Assembly: GCA_945897435.1 (NCBI GenBank)
Contig: CAMDFJ010000002.1
Span: 6,031 to 70,030, forward strand
Direction of reading: 5' to 3'
Origin: Candidatus Kuenenia stuttgartensis
GTDB taxonomy: Bacteria; Planctomycetota; Planctomycetia; Pirellulales; UBA1268
DNA length: 64,000 bases
Below, in pieces: positions 51,588 through 60,209 of this stretch; position 1 is the stretch's first letter; every line of letters starts with the position of its first letter. A model generated the notes under the pieces. It saw only the letters and a program-made list of their open reading frames with translations. It had not been told where the DNA came from and did no database searches. Both the position numbers and the translations under genes were made by a program.

Positions 51588-52352
51588 TCAGGTGGACGCC
51601 AATGCGGGTTTTCCTGCCGTCGGCAGCCGGGGCGGCGCCGGCAACCAGATCGCCACCTTTGTGCCCCGGCCCGGCGCACTCTCGATGTCGATGGTTCCGC
51701 CGTGGGCCTCGATGATCTTGCGGGCCGTCGGCAGTCCGAGGCCCGATCCGCCCTGTTTGGTCGTGTAGAACGCCCGGAACGCCTTGGCGAGCGTCTCCGG
51801 GTCCATGCCGCTGCCGGTGTCGATCAGCTCGATCACCACGCCCAGCCCCGAAGGACGGCTGCGGACGACGAGCTGCCCCCCGGTCTCCATCGCCTGCACC
51901 GCGTTGATCAGCAGGTTGAGCATCGCCGATCGAAAGGTTTCCCTGTCGAGACGGACCTTGGGGAGTTCGGGGTCGAGATAGCGGACAATTTCGACGCCGG
52001 CATCCGCCGTCTGCGGGGTGAAGAAGTCGAGCAGTTGGCCCAGCTCCTCATTCAGGCTGCCAGGTTCGAGGTTCAACGACTCCTGCCGGGCGAAGTCAAG
52101 GAAGTCGCCGAGCAGTTTCTGCAGCCGGTCGCACTCCTGACGCACGAGTTCGATCTTGGCCTTCGCTCGACGGTCGCGTTGCTTCGTCGGTGAATCGGGA
52201 TCGGTGTTCTCGAAGTCCTCGGCGAGGAGTTCCATGTTGAGGCGAATCGTGGAAAGCGGGTTTCGGATCTCGTGGGCGAGTGCGCCCACGAGAGCCGCGA
52301 ACTCCGCATATGTTTCCGCCCGCGCTCGGGACGACTCGTCTCCGGACGACAT
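51588..52352 (-). CDS. soluble histidine kinase (HisKA + HATPase_c only)
   Basis: H-box [12 protein letters not shown] starts ~25 residues from the N-terminus. N-box [10 protein letters not shown]1 IDTGSGM, G2 GGSGLGL. No TM segment or sensor domain is visible. Confidence 0.85.
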   Translation of the reverse strand: MSSGDESSRARAETYAEFAALVGALAHEIRNPLSTIRLNMELLAEDFENTDPDSPTKQRDRRAKAKIELVRQECDRLQKLLGDFLDFARQESLNLEPGSLNEELGQLLDFFTPQTADAGVEIVRYLDPELPKVRLDRETFRSAMLNLLINAVQAMETGGQLVVRSRPSGLGVVIELIDTGSGMDPETLAKAFRAFYTTKQGGSGLGLPTARKIIEAHGGTIDIESAPGRGTKVAIWLPAPPRLPTAGKPALAST

Positions 52353-52409
52353 GGCCCACTCCGCCGCGATGCGAATTCCCCGTTCGGTTTCCGAAGCACA
52401 GCCAGCGGA

Positions 52410-54548
52410 TCAGGAGTTGGTCTCGCCGCCGGCATTTTCGGCCAGCTCGCGCATCGCAACCTTGCGGCTCAGCTTGACGCGATCCTGGTCGTCGACCGCG
52501 ATCACCTTGACCCGCATCATGTCGCCGACCCGGCAGACGTCGGCAACGCTGCCCACGTAGTCGTCGGACAGCTCGCTGATGTGACAGAGGCCGTCCTTGC
52601 CGGGCACCAGTTCGACGAAGGCTCCGAAGTCCTTGATGCTCGTGACACGGCCCTCGTAGATCCGACCGACCTGGATCGAGGCCGTCAACGCCTCGACCTT
52701 GGCCATCGCCGCCATCGCCCCTTCTGCATCGTGGCTGGCGACGGTCACCGTGCCATCGTCCTCGACCTCGATGCTCGCCCCGGTCGACTCCTGAATGGCG
52801 CGGATCGTCTTGCCGCCAGGACCGATCAGGAGCCCGATCTTCTCGGGGTTGATATGGGTTCGCAGCAGACGCGGTGCCCAGATGGAGATCTCCTGACGCG
52901 GGCGACGAATCGCCGAGAGCATCGAGCGGAGGATCTCCAGCCGTGCCTCACGCGACTGCCGCAGCGTCGCCTCGATGATCGCCGGCGAGATGCCGTCGAT
53001 CTTGAGGTCGAGCTGGATGCCGGTGATGCCGTTCTGCGAGCCGGCGATCTTGAAGTCCATGTCGCCGTAGTGGTCTTCGTCGCCGATGATGTCGGTGAGC
53101 AGCACCCAGTGGTCCTCGGACTGCTTCACGAGACCGACCGAGATGCCCGCCACCGGATTGGTGATCGGCACACCGGCCGCCATCAGGCCGAGGGTCGCAC
53201 CGCAGACCGACGCCATCGAGCTCGAACCGTTCGACTCGAGGATGTCGGAGATCACGCGGATGGTGTAGGGAAACACGTCTGGCTCGGGGAGCACGGGCTT
53301 GACGCTGCGTTCGGCCAACGCGCCGTGGCCGATCTCGCGACGGCCCGGACCACGGATGGGACGAACCTCGCCGACCGAGAACGACGGGAAGTAGTAGTCG
53401 AGCATGAACTTTTTCGAATACTCGTCGATCAGTCCGTCGACCCGCTGTTCGTCCTTGCCGGTGCCCAGAGTGACCGTGATCAGGGCCTGGGTCTCGCCAC
53501 GCTGGAAGAGGGAAGAGCCGTGCACGCGGGGCAGGAGATCGACGTCGCAGGAGATCTGCCGCAGCGAGCGGTGATCGCGACCATCGGGACGCTTTCCTTC
53601 GAGAATCAGCTCGCGAACAGCCCGTTCTTCGAGGCCGTGCCAGACGTGGGCGAAGTCGGCATCACTGACGCCGCCGGCCTCGCCGGGCTTGAAGCCGAAG
53701 GCAGGCTCGGTCGGAGCGACTCCGGCCTTGGCCCGTTCCCGCAATGCCTTCACGGCCTGGCCACGGTCGTGCTTCACCGGAATCGCCTTGGCGTTCTTGA
53801 GTTCGCCAAGGAAGTCGCGGGTCAGACTGTCGCGGAGCTTCGAGTAGTCGGCCAGCACGTACTCCTTCTTCGGCTTGCCACCCTGGCGGACAAGCTCATG
53901 CTGCATCGCGCAGAGTTCGCGGACGATCCGATGGGCCTCGTTGATCGCCTCGAACATCCGGTCTTCCGGCATCTCGCGGGCGAAACCCTCGATCATCAGC
54001 ACGGCCGTCTCGCTGCCCGAGATCACGAGGTCGAGGTCGCTCTCCTCGAGCTGATCCTGCGTGGGAAACGGGATGAACTTTCCCTCAACCTGGGCCAGCC
54101 GCACGCTGCCAAGCGGGCCGCGGAAGGGCAGCGGAGAGATGCAGAGGGCGGCAGAGGCACCATTCATCGCCAGCACGTCGCCGTCATTCTGCTTGTCGCT
54201 CGAGAGCACGGAGGCCTGAATCTGGACCTCGTCGAAGAACCCGTCGGGAAAGAGCGGACGAATGGGGCGATCCATGAGCCGGCTGGTGAGCGTTTCCTTC
54301 ATGGTCGGCCGGCCCTCACGCTTGAGGAACCCGCCGGGAAATTTGCCCGCTGCCGCGGATCGCTCACGGTAGTCACAGGTGAGCGGGAAAAAGTCGATGC
54401 CCGGGCGGGGAGCGCCCGTGGCTGCGGCGACGATCACGCTCGTATCGCCATACCGCACGAGCACGCTGCCTGCCGCCTGCTTGGCGAGAATTCCGGTCTC
54501 CATGCTGAGCACGTGATCGCCGATCTGCCGTTCAACTCGAACCTTCAT
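52410..54548 (-). CDS. pnp: polyribonucleotide nucleotidyltransferase (PNPase)
   Basis: Track ORF trimmed to ATG at 54548 (MKVRVERQIGDHVLSMETG). Two RNase PH domains, then KH (IGLLIGPGGKTIRAIQ) and S1 (GRIYEGRVTSIKDFGAFVEL) domains. Confidence 0.95.
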   Translation of the reverse strand: MKVRVERQIGDHVLSMETGILAKQAAGSVLVRYGDTSVIVAAATGAPRPGIDFFPLTCDYRERSAAAGKFPGGFLKREGRPTMKETLTSRLMDRPIRPLFPDGFFDEVQIQASVLSSDKQNDGDVLAMNGASAALCISPLPFRGPLGSVRLAQVEGKFIPFPTQDQLEESDLDLVISGSETAVLMIEGFAREMPEDRMFEAINEAHRIVRELCAMQHELVRQGGKPKKEYVLADYSKLRDSLTRDFLGELKNAKAIPVKHDRGQAVKALRERAKAGVAPTEPAFGFKPGEAGGVSDADFAHVWHGLEERAVRELILEGKRPDGRDHRSLRQISCDVDLLPRVHGSSLFQRGETQALITVTLGTGKDEQRVDGLIDEYSKKFMLDYYFPSFSVGEVRPIRGPGRREIGHGALAERSVKPVLPEPDVFPYTIRVISDILESNGSSSMASVCGATLGLMAAGVPITNPVAGISVGLVKQSEDHWVLLTDIIGDEDHYGDMDFKIAGSQNGITGIQLDLKIDGISPAIIEATLRQSREARLEILRSMLSAIRRPRQEISIWAPRLLRTHINPEKIGLLIGPGGKTIRAIQESTGASIEVEDDGTVTVASHDAEGAMAAMAKVEALTASIQVGRIYEGRVTSIKDFGAFVELVPGKDGLCHISELSDDYVGSVADVCRVGDMMRVKVIAVDDQDRVKLSRKVAMRELAENAGGETNS

Positions 54549-54809
54549 GATGATTTCCTTTCCCTTGCCTTCGTGACCCGGCGACTTCCGCCGAACCGTA
54601 GGACGTCTGCCAACTTCTAGAACCGGCGGTCCCCGGGCCGCGGACATTCCGGACCCCGTCGAACCGATCGAAGCGACGACACCGGTGGCCTGCACAGGCT
54701 TGCTTGAAGAGTGCAGGGAACCTGGACCGCCCGAAGGCGGTCTCCACCCGTCATCCGCGAACCCGAGGGCCTCGCGGGAACGTGGTGGCAATGACGCGCA
54801 CCACCGACG
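54549..54809 (-). promoter_or_regulatory. structured rpsO-pnp intergenic leader
   Basis: Minus-strand hairpins seen by hand: GTGGTG-N11-CACCAC, GACCGCC-TTCG-GGCGGTC (7 bp with a UUCG tetraloop), and CCTGCAC-N15-GTGCAGG. A 261-nt spacer between two co-oriented genes. Confidence 0.4.
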
Positions 54810-55079
54810 CTACTTGCGGATCTCCAGCCGCTTGATGATGTCGAGATACCGCTGCGGCGCGACGCGCTTGAGATAATCGAGAAGCCGGCGACGACGACTG
54901 ACCATCATCAGAAGGCCACGCCGACTGGCATGGTCCTTCGAGTGGGTCTTGAAGTGCTCGGTGAGGTGCGAAATTCGTCCGGAAAGCAGTGCGATCTGGA
55001 TCTCCGCAGAACCGGTGTCGGCAGTCCCTCGCCGATAGGCACCGATCAATTCCTTCTTTCGATCTTTCGTAAGCGACAT
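54810..55079 (-). CDS. rpsO: 30S ribosomal protein S15
   Basis: Track ORF trimmed to ATG at 55079. MSLTKDRKKELIGAYRRGTADTGSAEIQIALLSGRISHLTEHFKTHSKDHASRRGLLMMVSRRRRLLDYL. Confidence 0.93.
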   Translation of the reverse strand: MSLTKDRKKELIGAYRRGTADTGSAEIQIALLSGRISHLTEHFKTHSKDHASRRGLLMMVSRRRRLLDYLKRVAPQRYLDIIKRLEIRK

Positions 55080-55299
55080 CAGCCGAAATCCACCCGTTGA
55101 TCGGGCGACCTGGTATGTGACAGGCAAGAACGAAACCGGTGATCGAGGGTGCCCTGTGCACCCAACTCCATTTTCCACCGGCCCGCATGCCGCAAGGGCT
55201 CGAGCCTCCGGGGGGTAGCCCCGAATGATCTGAAAAGTCTATCGGCCTTCGACCGCATTGCAACTGCGAGCGGTATTCGCGGGCAAAACCGGCCCGCCA

Positions 55300-56355
55300 T
55301 CATCGCCGGGCGTGGGAGTGCTGTCCGGCCGCCCGTCGTCCGGCGCCGGTCGGGTGGTGGACCACGTTCCAGGCGATGCCCAGCTTTTCCATTGCCAGGA
55401 TCGCCCAGTAGGTGACGTCGACCTCCCACCAGCGATGTCCATGCTTCGCCATCCGCTGAAAGGCGTGGTGGTTGTTGTGCCAGCCCTCGCCGAAAGCGAG
55501 CAGGCCGACCCACCAGAGATTGCGGGAATCGTCCGAGGTTTCGTAGTTGCGGTAGCCCCAGATGTGGGTCGCCGAGTTCACCAGCCAGGTGACGTGAAAC
55601 ACGATCACCATCCTCACGGCCAGGCCCCAGAGCAGCCAGGAAACTCCGGTATACGGTCCGTAGAGCCAGGTCCCGAGGCCGAGCAATGTCAGGCCGATCA
55701 GGACGTGCCAAAGCAGGAAGGTGCGGTCGAGAAACCGCATCGCTGGATCGCGTTCCAGATCGGGGGCCCAACGCTTGACGTGGGCCGCAAGCGCCACCGG
55801 ATCGCGACGCGGAAACATCCACAGGATGTGGGACCAAAGCCCTCCCTCTCGGGGAGTATGGGGATCTCCCTCCTGATCGCTGAACGCATGGTGCTTGCGG
55901 TGGTTCGCCACCCAGGTGATCGCCGAGCCTTCGCCCGAGATGCCGCCGAGTAGCGCGTAGAAGAATCGCACCCCTGGCGTGGTGGAGAAACTGCCGTGGG
56001 TCAACAGGCGGTGATACCCGAGACAGACACCGAGACTGCCCGTAACCCAGTAGAGCGTCAGACAGATGGCGAGCCCCGACCAGGTGAAAAAGAAGGGGGC
56101 GACAACCGCCGCCAGATGGATGCCGCAGATCCAGAGCACGACGGGCCAGTCGAGGTCGAGCCAGCTGGTGAATGCGGGGTTTGCGGCGGGGCTTGGCCGG
56201 CGGACAGCAGCCAGGTGGCTCGTGCCGCTGCCGCCGTTTACGCCCGAGTCGATCCCTGACTCGGCGTCGATGGCCACAGGGTCATGGATCGCCGACCGCC
56301 CGAAGGCGAAGGCATCGTCATCGACGGACGCTACGGCGGACGGGGCGGTACTCAT
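55300..56355 (-). CDS. acyl-CoA (delta-9-type) fatty acid desaturase
   Basis: Three His boxes, HRLLTH, HRKHHAFSD and GEGWHNNHHAF, with intervening TM helices. Confidence 0.88.
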   Translation of the reverse strand: MSTAPSAVASVDDDAFAFGRSAIHDPVAIDAESGIDSGVNGGSGTSHLAAVRRPSPAANPAFTSWLDLDWPVVLWICGIHLAAVVAPFFFTWSGLAICLTLYWVTGSLGVCLGYHRLLTHGSFSTTPGVRFFYALLGGISGEGSAITWVANHRKHHAFSDQEGDPHTPREGGLWSHILWMFPRRDPVALAAHVKRWAPDLERDPAMRFLDRTFLLWHVLIGLTLLGLGTWLYGPYTGVSWLLWGLAVRMVIVFHVTWLVNSATHIWGYRNYETSDDSRNLWWVGLLAFGEGWHNNHHAFQRMAKHGHRWWEVDVTYWAILAMEKLGIAWNVVHHPTGAGRRAAGQHSHARR

Positions 56356-56545
56356 GGACGGATTCCTTCCAGGTGTCGACAGGGCGGGTTGACTGGCGTC
56401 AACGGATGTCGGGGATCGGCTCTCATGGCGAGATGCGTCAGGTCGCGGCCTCAGCCGCCACCCGATGCGGGATACTCTGACCTATTTCGGCATTTCCGCC
56501 AGCCAGCCAGGGTCAGTGGCCGGTCGAAGAAATGTCAAAAGATCG

Positions 56546-57841
56546 TCAAAAATTGTTCCCGTCCTCGAATGCAGCCGCTGGCAGGACCCCCAAAAGCCAG
56601 CCCGTGGCGGGGGATGCGGGCACCATTTCCCGGCCCGCAGGGGAAACCATCCAGGAGAGTCGCTGGGGCGGCACCCGGGTCGCGGACTCTTCCAGCACCG
56701 GCAGTCCCAGCGAGCGGAGCACGACGCCGTCGGCGGCCATCCCGCGCACGGCCAGGCCGCTGCCGTCGAGGAGCACCCGAAACGATCCCGCATCGTAGGT
56801 TCGCAATGGATCGCGGCCGAGCGTTCTGAAGGCGGACGCGGCCCGACACCCGAGTGCCGCGACCGCCGCCTCGACCAATGGCTGTGGCACCCAGCCTCCG
56901 GAGAGCATCACGCCGAGATCGCAGGAGACGAGGCGACCTGCCTCGAAACGCAGGGCATCGACCGCGACATCCGCCTCGCCCGTGATCCGGGAAGGCCCAC
57001 CAGCGGACGCCGCCTGGAGATCGATCCGCTCGAGCCTGCCGGCAATGTCGCCGCTCCAGGAGCCAGCTCGACAGGCCGCCGTAAGCCGTCCCCTGATGAG
57101 CGTGTCATTTCCAGCGGCCAGACCGGTGTTCAGGAACATGGAGCCCGAGGGCTGCAAAACTGCCGCCACCACTGCGGCCGGCAGCGGCAGATCGACCACC
57201 GCCCGTACGTCGAATGACCGCGTGCCATGGGCCGTTTCCTCGTGACCTTCCGCGGAGGCGACACCTGCAGGAGTCTGAATCCGAATCTCTTCCGCAGTCG
57301 CAGGCTCGCGCCGCAGTCGCATGGCCCGACCTCCCGCTGCTGCAACGCACTCGGCATGCAGGCCCGACGCGGCCACCTCGCGATGACCGGCGGGACCGTC
57401 ATCGGGCAGGATCCATCGCAGGTCGGCGACGTCGACGACCCAGTCGTGCTCAAAACGCTCCGGCTGCGCGAGCCAATCCCTTGCCAGCCGAGCACATGCG
57501 GCTGCGGCTGCGGGCGTGCAGTCGACCCGCGCTGCCGAGAGCCGCGTCTCGCCAGCCGACCATTCCACGTCGAGCGAGGGCAGGGCCAGCAGAACGGCCC
57601 CCGCGGGATCGAGCAGTTCGAGTCCGCGCAGCCGCAGTGCACGCGGCCGCAGGTGGTCCACGCCGGCGATCTCGAGGGGGATTCCCAGCAGTTCCTCCGC
57701 CGCCCGCTCCACAGCCTCGACATGCTGCTGCGAACTTCTCCAGACGGCAGCCGCCAGCAGTCCGAAGCAGGGCAGCACGGCGGCGAGCAGGAATAGCGTT
57801 CGCACCAGATGCACGCGCTGCGTGGAGTGCTCGATGAACAT
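56546..57841 (-). CDS. hypothetical membrane-anchored protein
   Basis: Longest ORF in this interval. N-terminal TM anchor LVRTLFLLAAVLPCFGLLAAAVW. GC-rich third positions. No domain recognised. Confidence 0.6.
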   Translation of the reverse strand: MFIEHSTQRVHLVRTLFLLAAVLPCFGLLAAAVWRSSQQHVEAVERAAEELLGIPLEIAGVDHLRPRALRLRGLELLDPAGAVLLALPSLDVEWSAGETRLSAARVDCTPAAAAACARLARDWLAQPERFEHDWVVDVADLRWILPDDGPAGHREVAASGLHAECVAAAGGRAMRLRREPATAEEIRIQTPAGVASAEGHEETAHGTRSFDVRAVVDLPLPAAVVAAVLQPSGSMFLNTGLAAGNDTLIRGRLTAACRAGSWSGDIAGRLERIDLQAASAGGPSRITGEADVAVDALRFEAGRLVSCDLGVMLSGGWVPQPLVEAAVAALGCRAASAFRTLGRDPLRTYDAGSFRVLLDGSGLAVRGMAADGVVLRSLGLPVLEESATRVPPQRLSWMVSPAGREMVPASPATGWLLGVLPAAAFEDGNNF

Positions 57842-57943
57842 CCCTGTCCATTCCCTGCAGTGTGAGTGGCTGTCGCCGAATTGCCGGCCGAGGCGATTCC
57901 TGTCCTGTCGCGAACATTCGTCCGGGAACGGCGATCCCGGGGC

Positions 57944-59083
57944 TCAGCGTGCCCGTGCCATCTCGTGGTACAGCCGCCAACGAGCCTGCATCTCCTCGAC
58001 GCTGTCACCGCCAAACTTGTCGACGAGCGCGGCAGCAACCTCGAATGCGACCACGCTTTCGACGATCACGCTGGCGGCGCTCACCGCACAGACGTCACTT
58101 CGTTCGTAGGCCGCCTCCTCGGGCTGCTTGGTCCGAAGATTGACCGAACCGAGCGGCTTGCGAAGCGTACTGATCGGCTTCATCGCGGCCCGGACGACGA
58201 GCGGCTGGCCGTTGGTCATCCCAGCCTCGAGTCCGCCGGCGTTGTTGGTGGGCCGGGTGAAACCGAGAGTGGTGCCCTCGCGGGCGCTGGCGTCATAGTG
58301 GATGGCGTCGTGAACGAGCGAGCCGCGACGCCGGGCCGCCTCGAATCCGAGGCCGATCTCGACCCCCTTGATCGCCTGCACCGCCATCACCGCCTGGGCA
58401 AGCCGTCCATCGAGTTTACGATCCCATTGGGCATGCGTTCCGAGCCCGATCGGCAGGCCATCGACCCGAACCTCCACCACGCCGCCGAGCGTATCTCCCT
58501 CCTTGCCGACGCGGTCGATGAGGGCCATCACCTCGGGATCGCGGTCGGGATGAAGGGAGTAGATCTCGCTCGAATCGCGAATCGTTCGCAGTTCCGCGAT
58601 CGACCCGCTGCGGTCACCGAGAACCACCCCACCGAGTTCGGTCACCCAACCGCCGACCTCGATGCCAAACACGGCGAGCAGCTGCCGGGCCAATCCGCCG
58701 GCGGCAACTCTGGCAGCCGTCTCGCGGGCGCTGGCCCGCTCGAGCACGGCCCGGACCCCGCCGAGATACTTGATGGCCCCCGGCAGATCGGCATGGCCCG
58801 GCCGCGGACGGTCGACGTCTTCCAGTTTTTCAAGCTTGGCGTCTTTGTTGATCACCTCGAGGGCAAGCGGGCTGCCGAGCGTCACGCCATGCCAGAGTCC
58901 GGAAAGAAACCTGACAGAGTCGGTCTCGATCCGCTGCCGCCCCCCTCGGCCGTAACCTCCCTGTCGGCGGACGAGTTCAGCGTCGATCGCGGAGGTGTCG
59001 ACGGCGAGGCCGGCAGGGAAACCGTCCACGAGGGCGAGCAGGGCGGGACCGTGCGATTCTCCGGCAGTCCAGTAACGCAGCAT
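57944..59083 (-). CDS. aroC: chorismate synthase
   Basis: MLRYWTAGESHGPALLALVDGFPAGL, RRQGGYGRGGRQRIE, RPGHADL, RSDVCAVSAASVI. Confidence 0.95.
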   Translation of the reverse strand: MLRYWTAGESHGPALLALVDGFPAGLAVDTSAIDAELVRRQGGYGRGGRQRIETDSVRFLSGLWHGVTLGSPLALEVINKDAKLEKLEDVDRPRPGHADLPGAIKYLGGVRAVLERASARETAARVAAGGLARQLLAVFGIEVGGWVTELGGVVLGDRSGSIAELRTIRDSSEIYSLHPDRDPEVMALIDRVGKEGDTLGGVVEVRVDGLPIGLGTHAQWDRKLDGRLAQAVMAVQAIKGVEIGLGFEAARRRGSLVHDAIHYDASAREGTTLGFTRPTNNAGGLEAGMTNGQPLVVRAAMKPISTLRKPLGSVNLRTKQPEEAAYERSDVCAVSAASVIVESVVAFEVAAALVDKFGGDSVEEMQARWRLYHEMARAR

Positions 59084-59177
59084 GAGCGGGTACGAGGGGA
59101 TGGCCCCGGGGGGCAGGAGGGCTCAGTTTTTGGATTCGAACCCAGCCGATTCTAGTTCCAAAACGCCGCCCCCCCTA

Positions 59178-59219
59178 GGTCATTTCAATGAGGTCATTCC
59201 AATGAAGCCATTCCAAACG
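59178..59219. repeat. three tandem 14-bp units spanning the purC stop codon
   Basis: Plus strand GGTCATTTCAATGA (59178-59191), GGTCATTCCAATGA (59192-59205), AGCCATTCCAAACG (59206-59219). The purC stop is at 59194-59196. Confidence 0.6.
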
Positions 59220-60159
59220 GCTCTGGGCCGATATTCAGGATGCGAGTTCTGGCGTCTCCCCCTGGCGTCTCCCCGGTGAGCAATCGGCAGGCGTCGAGAT
59301 ATTTCTCTCGGGTGCGGAGAACGACCTCCTCCGGCAGGGCGGGCGGCGGGCTCGACTTGTCCCAGCCGCTGACCTCCAGCCAATCGCGAACGAACTGCTT
59401 GTCGAACGAGTCGGGGACCCGGCCGGGAGAGATCGCCGCGGCCGGCCAAAACCGGGAACTGTCCGGCGTCAGAACCTCGTCAACGAGCAGCAGCGAACCG
59501 TCGGAGGCCAGCCCCCACTCGAACTTCGTGTCGGCCACGACGATGCCAGATTTCGCCGCCTGCTCGGCGCCCCGACGAAAGACGTCGAGACTCCGGTCCC
59601 GGAGGGTTGCCGCCAGTTCGGCACCGATCGACCCGACCATCCGCTCGAACGAGACGTTCTCGTCGTGCCCCGCTGCGGCCTTTGTGGCGGGGGTGAAGAT
59701 CGGCTCCGGGAGCCTCGAACCCGCGGCCAGGCCGGCCGGCAGCCTGATACCGCAGACCGTGCCGTCTGCTCGATATTCGGCCAGGCCCGATCCCGCCAGC
59801 CAGCCGCGGACGACGCACTCGAAGGGGATCACGTCGGCCTGTCGGACGAGCATCGTCCGGCCGCGAAGTGGGCCGCGATCGATCGAGGCCGGGAGCCCCA
59901 TCGCATCGACGTCGGTCGTGATCAGATGATGCGAGACCGGACGCGAACCTCGGGCGAGCCAATCGAACCAGAACGCTGAGATCGCGGTGAGCACCTTCCC
60001 CTTGTCAGGAATTGGCGTCGGCAGCACCCAGTCGAAGGCACTGATCCGATCGGTGCTCACGATGAGCATCGCATCGTCGAATCTGTAGCAGTCGCGAACC
60101 TTGCCGCGATACAGCCTGCCGATGCCGAGGTTCGTTTCCGTGACGGCGTCCTGTGTCAT
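59194..60159 (-). CDS. purC: phosphoribosylaminoimidazole-succinocarboxamide synthase
   Basis: LYRGKVRDCY, STDRISAFD, LLLVDEVLTPDSSRFW, DKQFVRDW are SAICAR synthetase motifs (long form). Confidence 0.93.
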   Translation of the reverse strand: MTQDAVTETNLGIGRLYRGKVRDCYRFDDAMLIVSTDRISAFDWVLPTPIPDKGKVLTAISAFWFDWLARGSRPVSHHLITTDVDAMGLPASIDRGPLRGRTMLVRQADVIPFECVVRGWLAGSGLAEYRADGTVCGIRLPAGLAAGSRLPEPIFTPATKAAAGHDENVSFERMVGSIGAELAATLRDRSLDVFRRGAEQAAKSGIVVADTKFEWGLASDGSLLLVDEVLTPDSSRFWPAAAISPGRVPDSFDKQFVRDWLEVSGWDKSSPPPALPEEVVLRTREKYLDACRLLTGETPGGDARTRILNIGPEPFGMASLE

Positions 60160-60209
60160 GGCCGATGTTTTAGGGAAACCTCCCGTTATTTTCTGGCCCT
60201 GACGTCAGA

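Noticed and set aside
59118-59160. A fifth tRNA gene or pseudogene, suggested by GGGTTCGAATCC on the minus strand.
   Set aside because: The putative T-stem pairs at only 3 of 5 positions. I could not find an acceptor stem, D-arm or anticodon arm by hand. It is at most a tRNA-derived fragment.
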